A stretch of 51,538 bases of DNA from Candidatus Komeilibacteria bacterium S5_K13. GTDB taxonomy: Bacteria > Patescibacteriota > Patescibacteriia > UBA1558 > S5-K13. The position numbers and the translations under genes were made by a program. Below are positions 25,500 to 32,900 of this stretch, one piece after another. The DNA lies in assembly GCA_019248485.1 (NCBI GenBank), contig JAEHGL010000003.1, forward strand, positions 1-51,538. The letters are read 5' to 3'. The notes below the pieces were generated by a model. The model was not told the origin of the DNA. It ran no database searches and worked only from the letters and a program-made list of their open reading frames with translations. Each line of letters starts with the position of its first letter. The stretch's first letter is position 1.

Positions 25500-27479
25500 T
25501 TAATCAACAACTTTTCCTTTTGGAGAAGCCTTCTTGTCCGAAAAACATTCTGTTGTTAGTGGATTCTTTTTTATTATCACTTGAGCTCCAGAAAATACAT
25601 CTGTTCCCGAAAAATAGACAATTGATGTAAGTGCTGCAAATTTGCCCTTATCTCCCTTAACCGGAGTTACCATCAAATTAAAATTGATGCTATTGTCTTT
25701 GTTTTTATCTGTACTTGTCACCTGCCAAGTCAATAATCTACTAGCATCATCAAATGCTATATTTTGACCATTTTGCACTCCAATATCCTCAAAATCAACA
25801 TTTCCAGGAAGCGTTGTTTTTATCACAACATCTTTTAACCCATTTAACTTAGAACTGAACTTCCAAGTCGCTCTATAGCCAGTTAATTCTCCCACCATTG
25901 GTGGCAGTGGTCCAGAACCAAGCTGGGCACCTGATTCATCATAATACCTACAATCACTAAAAAAATCAACCGGCGTATTAATCTTGCTATTTATTATATT
26001 TGATTGAACCTGACTTGAAGCATTTTCTCCATAATACAATGAAGAAATTGAACTGATTGTATAATTATTTTTATCAATAAAATCATTTTTAAAGCCTAAT
26101 ATTTTTATTTTAAATCCGAGCCTTGCTTCTTGTCCTGGCTTGATAGAAGATAGTGCGGGAATAGAATTTTCATCCCAAGTTATTGTTTTGTTTTCCTTAT
26201 CTATAACCGCGTTGTAATTATCATAAATAGAATCAAAATCAATATATGGCGAATCTATTTTGGTTGATATTTTTACATTATCTATAGTTTCTTTTCCAGA
26301 ATTTTTATAAAGTATTTGATAATTTAGCTCATCACCAAAATTATATGCCTCATCTGTAAATTTCTCATTTAATAAAATTTTTAGATTAATTTTATTTGCT
26401 AATAAATTAATTTGTTTTTCTATTTCTTTGTATGGAAGCCAGCTAGAATTATCATTACCATTTATTGATATTTCTTGTGCCAGCGACCTTATTTCTAAAA
26501 TTGCTTTAATACTAGATGAGCTACTTATATCAGAATTAAAAAATCCAGACATAGTAATATTTTTTTCTTCATTACTTTTCAGATTCTCAATAGCCCAAAT
26601 ATTATCCGAAACAAACTTGGCATCTCCACCAGTTTCAATTGGAATAAAATTATCACCATACTCTAGTCTTATACGAAAATTGTCCAATGCACTTGCTGAA
26701 ATATTTTTGTAATTTATTTTATAGTCTGTTTTATTATTACTCTCTATTTGATCAGGGGCGGTAAGTGAAAAGTTCATCAAAGTATCTGAAATAGAAATTT
26801 CTTTTGACGACTTAACTTCTAATATAGAATTAAAATTAGTTGGCTCATAATACAGTGTTACATCAATTGGAAATTTCTGATCTTTCTCTCCAATGATCTG
26901 AGCATACAAAACTATTTCTCCTGATTGATTTGGCCTTAAATCCTTGAGCTTCCAAACATTAAAAGATAATGTACTAGCACTAGGATCTGCTTTTATATAA
27001 TAGAATCCTTTTGGATAATTGATTCTTAATTCTACATTTCTAACTTTGATATTTTGATTATTAGAATATTTTATTCTTATTTTTGCCTGACTCCCAGAAA
27101 CAAAACTGTCGTCTGATTGAATTTGCATTACAACGCCCTCCCCTTCAACAATTTTTGTATTATTTAAATAAACTATTGTAAAAAATACACCTGCAAAAAT
27201 TATAAGAAAAACTAAAAAGGAAATCAGTTTTCCTTTGCTTTTTTTGGGCTTTTCAAAATTTTCTAAGCTTGTTTTATTTTTCCAAATATTGTCTATATCT
27301 TCTGTAAAATTAACCCTATCTTTATTAAAATCCCTTATATTTTCAGTCTTTTTTCTTATTGGAATACGGGGTTTTATATCATAATTCTTTCTCTGGGTTT
27401 TTTCTATTTTAATAACATTAACACCCTCACTTAAGTTTGGCTTAGAATCTCGAAGATTTAATACATTTTTGTCTACCAT
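25500..27479 (-). CDS. Single-pass membrane protein with several Ig-like (DUF11-type) beta-sandwich domains
   Basis: Basic cytoplasmic N-terminus; TM LISFLVFLIIFAGVFFTIVYL; repeated Y.I.YKN.s....NV.I and W....L.P motifs; GSGPLPP.VG..T.Y. Confidence 0.65.
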   Translation of the reverse strand: MVDKNVLNLRDSKPNLSEGVNVIKIEKTQRKNYDIKPRIPIRKKTENIRDFNKDRVNFTEDIDNIWKNKTSLENFEKPKKSKGKLISFLVFLIIFAGVFFTIVYLNNTKIVEGEGVVMQIQSDDSFVSGSQAKIRIKYSNNQNIKVRNVELRINYPKGFYYIKADPSASTLSFNVWKLKDLRPNQSGEIVLYAQIIGEKDQKFPIDVTLYYEPTNFNSILEVKSSKEISISDTLMNFSLTAPDQIESNNKTDYKINYKNISASALDNFRIRLEYGDNFIPIETGGDAKFVSDNIWAIENLKSNEEKNITMSGFFNSDISSSSSIKAILEIRSLAQEISINGNDNSSWLPYKEIEKQINLLANKINLKILLNEKFTDEAYNFGDELNYQILYKNSGKETIDNVKISTKIDSPYIDFDSIYDNYNAVIDKENKTITWDENSIPALSSIKPGQEARLGFKIKILGFKNDFIDKNNYTISSISSLYYGENASSQVQSNIINSKINTPVDFFSDCRYYDESGAQLGSGPLPPMVGELTGYRATWKFSSKLNGLKDVVIKTTLPGNVDFEDIGVQNGQNIAFDDASRLLTWQVTSTDKNKDNSINFNLMVTPVKGDKGKFAALTSIVYFSGTDVFSGAQVIIKKNPLTTECFSDKKASPKGKVVD

Positions 27480-27483
27480 TTGA

Positions 27484-28119
27484 TTAACTAAAACTATTTA
27501 ATTTGCGCTCTAAAATAGATTCAAAATAATGTCTCAACCATTTTTTAATTAAAATTAAATCATGCTTCTCTATATCTAATTTTAGCATGAGCTCAATGTT
27601 TTTTAAATAGTCATTTTCAGAAAATGCATTTAATTCATTGCCAAATTTTTCTATACCAAAAAAATTATTTGGCATAAACCCAAAGTGCTTTAAAATTGAA
27701 AAAAAATAGACTATTTGAAGTTTTAGTTTATCTATTAATTCCCTGTGTGATATGAAGTCTTCTAGAAATATTATTGTATCATTGTATAAATCTAACTCAT
27801 GGGAGTCTTGTTTTAGAAAACCTAGCAAAATTTCAGACACCTGCGAAAAAAACTTATAATCAACATTATCAGAAAAATCTGCGCAGTAGCTTTTTAAAGT
27901 TTTTACTTGAGCAACTTTATCAATATCAGAGCCTCTGGCAAGCATAAAAATACATACATTTCCTGGCATCAGAAATCCGGACAACTTGCTCTTAGCGCTA
28001 GAAACTGACTTTGCAACCGCCACCACAAGACCTCTATCATAGGAAAAAATATTATAAAGTTTATCTTCATTTCTTATTTTCTTTGACTGCAAAATAATTC
28101 CTTGAGTTATGTATTCCAT
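27484..28119 (-). CDS. recO: DNA repair protein RecO
   Basis: TQGIILQ...RNEDKLYNIFSYDRGLVVAVAKSV...KSKL N-terminal OB fold; LKHFGFMP. Confidence 0.85.
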   Translation of the reverse strand: MEYITQGIILQSKKIRNEDKLYNIFSYDRGLVVAVAKSVSSAKSKLSGFLMPGNVCIFMLARGSDIDKVAQVKTLKSYCADFSDNVDYKFFSQVSEILLGFLKQDSHELDLYNDTIIFLEDFISHRELIDKLKLQIVYFFSILKHFGFMPNNFFGIEKFGNELNAFSENDYLKNIELMLKLDIEKHDLILIKKWLRHYFESILERKLNSFS

Positions 28120-28190
28120 GGGGAGGGGTTAGAAGGTTAGAAAATTAGAAAAGTTAGAATGGTTAGGAAGTTAAAAGGGTTAGGAATTGA
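28120..28190. repeat. Purine-rich 8-9-bp TTAG tandem repeat (about 7 units)
   Basis: TTAG/TTAA at 28129, 28137, 28145, 28154, 28163, 28171 and 28180, between the ileS stop and the recO start. Confidence 0.75.
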
Positions 28191-28211
28191 AATTTGATTA
28201 TTGCGTATTGG

Positions 28212-31103
28212 TTATTTTCTGAGGCTTATTGTGAGACTAAAATCGTTGATCTTCACCTCTTTGCTTATAATCAAATCGTTGTGAGATTCTTCAAAAATAA
28301 ACTCTTTAGCAAGAACATCTTTCTTGAGTGACTCTAAATTGTCTTTAATAAGTTGAACAAAATTATTGTTCACATTATTTATATAAACTATTACTTCATC
28401 CTTTGGGGTAAGAGAAACTTCTTTTCTAAGAGAATTAATATTTCTTACAAATTCTCTTAAGTCTCCTTTGTCTTTTAGCTCTGGCGTTATCTCTTTGTGA
28501 AGATAAACTTCTTTTACTTCCTTATCAAAACTAACAGACTCTACATTTACCTCGTCTTTTATAATATCCTCAATTTCTTTACTTAGCGCTTTCTCTCCCA
28601 TTCCATAATTAACATATGATAATATTTGTCTTACCTTAATTCCTTCTAAATCTCTTTCTTTATGAGTTTTTTCTACGATTAATCTTGCTCTTTGCATATC
28701 AAATAATAGCTTTTCTTCATCTTTGCTTAGTTTTTCAGAAACTGGCCAGTCTAATAAATGAACCGACTCCTCTTTTCCAAAAGTTTCTTTATATAGACTC
28801 TCTGCGGTAAAAGGAATAAATGGTGCAATTATTTTACTAAATTCTAATAGCACCAAGTTCATAGTCTTTGGAGCACTCTCATCGCCATCTTTGAATCTGT
28901 CTCTTGATCTTCGCAAATACCATGTTGAAAGCTCTAATATAAAATCAGAAATAAAATCAGATGCTTTTTTGAGATCATATAAATCTAATGCGCTTGTAAC
29001 GTTTATCTTTAGTTCTTTTAATTTAACAATTATCCACTTATCCAATATACTAACGCTCTCAACATAGTCTACATCACTTTCTTTTTTGTACATATTATAA
29101 AAAGATACGATATTTGATAGTGTCAAAAAGTATCTTGCATAAGTACCACTTAAATCTTTTTCACTAAAACACAAATCTCCCCCACGAACAACTGGTGAAC
29201 TAAGAAGATAAAACCTCAAAACATCTGCGCAGTATTTCTTAATCAGGGCAACTGGTTCTGGATAATTCTTCAAGCGCTTTGACATTTTCTTTCCATCTTC
29301 TGCAAGGACCATTCCATTTACTACGACATTTAAGAAAGCGGGCTTGTTAAATAACGCCGTGCCAAGCACCATAAGCGTATAGAACCAACCACGTGTCTGA
29401 TCTTGTCCTTCTGCTATAAACTGAGCTGGAAAATTATCTTCAAACCATTTTTTATTCTCAAATGGGTAATGAACTGACGCATAAGGCATAGAGCCTGACT
29501 CAAACCAGCAGTCAAATACTTCTGGAATTCTATCAGTCACACCACCACATTTTGAACAATTTATTTTGATATTATCTATAAAATGCTTATGTAAATCATC
29601 TATTTTTTGCCCACTTGCCATCTCTAACTCCTCTTTTGAGCCACAAACAATTACTTCACCGCAAGAACACTTCCAAACAGGAATTGGTGTTCCCCAAAAA
29701 CGATTACGAGATATTGACCAATCTCTTGCGCCTTCAAGCCATTTACCAAACCTTCCCTCTTTGAAACTATCTGGAATCCAATTTGTTTTTTGATTTGCTT
29801 TGACTAAGTTATCTTTGATTTTTGTAACTTCCACAAACCAAGATCCTGTCGCATAATTTAGCAGTGGTGAGTCACATCTCCAGCAATGTGGATATGAGTG
29901 CTCATATTTTTCTTTTGAAAAAACAAGGCCTTTGAGAGATAAATATTTAAGTATTTCTATATCAGCGCTTTGATGATCATCTTTTTTCTTTACATCAATA
30001 CCTGCGAAATCAACTACATCACTAGTAAATTTTCCCTCAGGAGATACATGCTGGATAAATGGTAAATGTTTTTCTTTTGCAAGATTCATATCATCTTCAC
30101 CAAACGCAGGTGCAATATGAACTATTCCCGTTCCATCTTCTGTTGTTACAAAATCAGCTGAATAAATCTTATAAATATTTTCATAGTTATCTAATTTTTT
30201 ATCCACAAAATAATCAAACAACGGTTTGTATGATTTTCCAACTAGCTTTTTACCTTTAAATTCTTCAATTATTTCTCCACTTTCAAAATTATTTTTCAAA
30301 GACTCATATCTTTCCTTTGCAATAATATAGCTTAAGTCATTTAATTTTATTTTTATGTATTGTATTTTTTCACTAACAGCAAGTGCAACATTTCCGGGAA
30401 GTGTCCATGGAGTTGTAGTCCATGCTAATACAAATGTTCCGGGCTCGTCAATAAGCTCAAATTTTGCAGTGACTGAAATATCTTTTATATCTTTATATCC
30501 TTGAGCAACTTCAAAGTTTGATAATGTTGTGCCACACCTTGGACAAATATGCATAGACTTGTAGCCTTCATATATAAGTCCTTTTTTGTAGAGTTCTTTA
30601 AAGACCCACCACACAGATTCCATGTAATTTATATCCATTGTCTTGTAGTCATCTTCCATATCAACGAAGCGGCCAATCATAGGAACAAATTTTCTCCACT
30701 GGTCTGCATATTTCATCACACTGGTTCTGCATAGCTCATTAAATTGCGAAATAGAGTATTTGTCCAAAATTTCCTTTTTTCCATTTAATCCCAATTCTTT
30801 TTCAACTTCATTTTCAACTGGCAAGCCATGACAATCCCAGCCCCATTTTCTTCGAACATTATATCCATTCATTGTCTTATAGCGTGGTATGACATCTTTT
30901 ATAACTGATGCAACAATGTGTCCATAATGAGGAAGACCATTTGCAAAAGGAGGCCCATCATAAAAAGAAAAATCGCCCTTTTTGCCCCTGTTTAAGGACT
31001 TTTTGAAGATTTCATTGCTTTCCCAAAAATTCAAAATTTCCTGCTCTTTTTGAAACAATTTTGATTCTTGACTATTTTCAGTATCTTTGTTTTTTTCAGA
31101 CAT
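28212..31103 (-). CDS. ileS: Isoleucine--tRNA ligase (type 2, archaeal/eukaryote-like clade)
   Basis: DGPPFANGLPHYGH; GWDCHGLPVE; WTTTPWTLP; SRNRFWGTPIP; DCWFESGSMP; EGQDQTRGWF; KMSKR; no C-terminal Zn finger. Confidence 0.97.
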   Translation of the reverse strand: MSEKNKDTENSQESKLFQKEQEILNFWESNEIFKKSLNRGKKGDFSFYDGPPFANGLPHYGHIVASVIKDVIPRYKTMNGYNVRRKWGWDCHGLPVENEVEKELGLNGKKEILDKYSISQFNELCRTSVMKYADQWRKFVPMIGRFVDMEDDYKTMDINYMESVWWVFKELYKKGLIYEGYKSMHICPRCGTTLSNFEVAQGYKDIKDISVTAKFELIDEPGTFVLAWTTTPWTLPGNVALAVSEKIQYIKIKLNDLSYIIAKERYESLKNNFESGEIIEEFKGKKLVGKSYKPLFDYFVDKKLDNYENIYKIYSADFVTTEDGTGIVHIAPAFGEDDMNLAKEKHLPFIQHVSPEGKFTSDVVDFAGIDVKKKDDHQSADIEILKYLSLKGLVFSKEKYEHSYPHCWRCDSPLLNYATGSWFVEVTKIKDNLVKANQKTNWIPDSFKEGRFGKWLEGARDWSISRNRFWGTPIPVWKCSCGEVIVCGSKEELEMASGQKIDDLHKHFIDNIKINCSKCGGVTDRIPEVFDCWFESGSMPYASVHYPFENKKWFEDNFPAQFIAEGQDQTRGWFYTLMVLGTALFNKPAFLNVVVNGMVLAEDGKKMSKRLKNYPEPVALIKKYCADVLRFYLLSSPVVRGGDLCFSEKDLSGTYARYFLTLSNIVSFYNMYKKESDVDYVESVSILDKWIIVKLKELKINVTSALDLYDLKKASDFISDFILELSTWYLRRSRDRFKDGDESAPKTMNLVLLEFSKIIAPFIPFTAESLYKETFGKEESVHLLDWPVSEKLSKDEEKLLFDMQRARLIVEKTHKERDLEGIKVRQILSYVNYGMGEKALSKEIEDIIKDEVNVESVSFDKEVKEVYLHKEITPELKDKGDLREFVRNINSLRKEVSLTPKDEVIVYINNVNNNFVQLIKDNLESLKKDVLAKEFIFEESHNDLIISKEVKINDFSLTISLRK

Positions 31104-31160
31104 AAAATTAAAATATAAGTGATTATTGGCTTATTTTACTATATTTAGAAATAAAATCAA

Positions 31161-31319
31161 CTAAAACAACAATGATCTAATATACTCAAAAACGCCTCTA
31201 TCTGGTCTTTTTGCATTTCTTGAAATAACCCTTGTTCTATTTCTCATTTCTTGCTTCATCCAATCAAAGTTTTGACACCTTGAATAATTTAGCATTTGTT
31301 TTGTTTCATTTTTTTTCAT
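31161..31319 (-). CDS. Small hypothetical protein (52 aa), below the ORF-track cutoff
   Basis: Manual translation MKKNETKQMLNYSRCQNFDWMKQEMRNRTRVISRNAKRPDRGVFEYIRSLLF; it fills the merR-ileS gap on the operon strand. Confidence 0.5.
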   Translation of the reverse strand: MKKNETKQMLNYSRCQNFDWMKQEMRNRTRVISRNAKRPDRGVFEYIRSLLF

Positions 31320-31321
31320 AC

Positions 31322-31385
31322 GTTTAGTGTTTAGTGTTTAGTATTTAGTATTTAGTGTTTAGATCGATTCTAAATTCTAATTACC
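31322..31385. repeat. 7-bp tandem repeat TTTAGT(G/A) x about 6 with inverted attctaa arm
   Basis: gtttagtgtttagtgtttagtatttagtatttagtgtttag, then attctaaattctaa. Confidence 0.85.
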
Positions 31386-31400
31386 AAAAACCAAAATCTA

Positions 31401-31628
31401 TTATTTATTTTTAAAATGACTTTTTATTTCTTGTATTGTCCATCTTTTTTGACTTTGCAATTTTTCTATTTCTTTGACTTTTTGAAGGGCTTTATTTTTT
31501 TCATACAAACGATACCCGCCTTGAGTATATGAGTCGGGCTTTAATAATCCCATCTGTGTATAAAAATGAATGGTCGAAGGTAACCTATTTAATTCAACTG
31601 CTAGCTCTCCTATTTTTAATAAGCTCAT
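31401..31628 (-). CDS. MerR-family HTH transcriptional regulator (DNA-binding domain only)
   Basis: LKIGELA...STIHFYTQMGLL.P...TQGGYRLY...IEKLQ...WTIQEIK. Confidence 0.9.
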   Translation of the reverse strand: MSLLKIGELAVELNRLPSTIHFYTQMGLLKPDSYTQGGYRLYEKNKALQKVKEIEKLQSQKRWTIQEIKSHFKNK

Positions 31629-31729
31629 ATATTAAAATAAACATTTATAAAAGTAGATCCTGAACAAAGTTGAAGGATCGATGATAATCTATCAATTTCA
31701 GTTGCAAGTTCTCCAATCTTTAATAACAT
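31625..31729 (-). pseudogene. Truncated duplicate of the merR N-terminus (34-aa upstream ORF)
   Basis: MLLKIGELATEIDRLSS vs MSLLKIGELAVELNRLPS (12/16 identical); similarity ends at a gatcct...aggatc palindrome; the TGA overlaps the merR ATG. Confidence 0.6.
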
Positions 31730-31845
31730 GTGGTTAGCGGATCAGCTACGTAGTGAGAAACTGCATAGCTTTAATATTTATTTATTTAACTGAGCAACTA
31801 AGCAGCCAAGTGGCTAACCACTTTTCCACAGTCCTCTCTGTATTA

Positions 31846-31874
31846 ATTATATATTAAATTTTACTAAGTGTGAA
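31846..31874 (-). promoter_or_regulatory. Sigma70 promoter upstream of the merR locus
   Basis: Minus strand TTCACA, 17-nt spacer, TATAAT. Confidence 0.6.
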
Positions 31875-31924
31875 GTATAGAGCGTCACTTCATACTTCAT
31901 AGTTTAGTATAAATTAAAATATCA

Positions 31925-31958
31925 CCCCTCACCCTACCCTCTCCCAAAGCGGGAGAGG
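31925..31958 (+). repeat. C-rich REP-like palindrome, solo copy A
   Basis: cccctcaccctaccctctccc-aaagc-gggagagg; the first 24 nt are identical to the copy at 36769. Confidence 0.85.
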
Positions 31959-31994
31959 AAAAAATGCTTTGATATTTTTTAATTTTAAAGAAAC

Positions 31995-32027
31995 AAAAAA
32001 CCCAGCTCTAAGATAGAACTGGGTTTT
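31995..32027 (-). terminator. Rho-independent terminator
   Basis: aaaacccag/ctgggtttt stem with a flanking A-run, directly downstream of 32042-32560. Confidence 0.75.
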
Positions 32028-32041
32028 GTAAAAAGTAAACT

Positions 32042-32560
32042 TTATTTTACTGTTGCTTTTTGATCTTCTAAATATTTTTCAATTGCCTTTACAACCTTAC
32101 CATCGTTCTTTAGATCTTCTATAAACAATACGTGGTCTCTATTGATTTTCATTTCGTCTTTTGGACCATGGAGCTCATTGCCAAGCTTTACAAGTGAAAG
32201 CTCACCTTGTTGTTGATCAGATGCTGGAGTTCCATCTGGTTGCAATGCTTGAGTAACTTGAAGATAATAAATATTCTTCACAGTAATCGTATTACTACTC
32301 ATACTTGATGCTTGACCAAAATAAACTTGCCCATTTGATAAAAATACTGCCTGCCAATCTCCACTATTTTTATCAAGTCCTAGAATGTTTAGTTTTGTCA
32401 TCTTTGAAATACCATAAAGACCTGCAAAGATTACAAAAACTACTACAACTAGAACAACTATCCATCTTATAAAAGATGGCTTTTTTTTATCAGAAACTAT
32501 TGGTTTTTCTAGTTCCATTTCTGAAACTGAATTTGTTTCTGATCCAAATTTTCTGTCCAT
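32042..32560 (-). CDS. Conserved hypothetical single-pass membrane protein of a type common in CPR genomes
   Basis: TM WIVVLVVVVFVIFAGLYGI; WQAVFLSNGQVYFG...YYLQ...LVKLGNELHGP.D...INRDHVLFIEDLK; AAAGGA SD 7 nt before the ATG. Confidence 0.8.
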   Translation of the reverse strand: MDRKFGSETNSVSEMELEKPIVSDKKKPSFIRWIVVLVVVVFVIFAGLYGISKMTKLNILGLDKNSGDWQAVFLSNGQVYFGQASSMSSNTITVKNIYYLQVTQALQPDGTPASDQQQGELSLVKLGNELHGPKDEMKINRDHVLFIEDLKNDGKVVKAIEKYLEDQKATVK

Positions 32561-32672
32561 ATTTTTGTCCTTTCTTATTATTTATATCCTATTGGATTAT
32601 ACGCTAATTATAACATTTTTTATTGATTTTTAAAAGATTTTATATACATACATTTTTGGCTTGTTTGATTGA

Positions 32673-32763
32673 AAATACTAATACGAATGTGTATATACAA
32701 ATATACCCGTCTCGCGTCGGCGAGCCGAGGCGGACGAATGATGCTAATGATACTAATACGAAT
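32673..32763. repeat. ctaatacgaat-type degenerate tandem repeat with a nested GC-rich hairpin
   Basis: atactaatacgaat occurs twice (near 32675 and 32750), around ccgtctcg...cgaggcgg (32707-32733). Confidence 0.65.
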
Positions 32764-32900
32764 GGAGGTTAGATGGTTAGGGTGGTTAGGGTGGTTAGAG
32801 TGGTTAGTGGGGTTAGAGTGGTTAGTGGGGTTAAAGTGGTTAGGGTGGCTGGGGTTTCTAACCTTTCTAACTTTTCTAACCTCACTAACCCTACCAGTCT
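32764..32900. repeat. 9-bp GGTTAG(G/A/T)NN array (about 10 units) followed by an inverted CTAAC arm (about 4 units)
   Basis: ggttag-type units at 32767, 32775, 32784, 32793, 32802, 32811, 32820, 32829, 32838 and 32847, then tttctaacc-type units. Confidence 0.9.
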
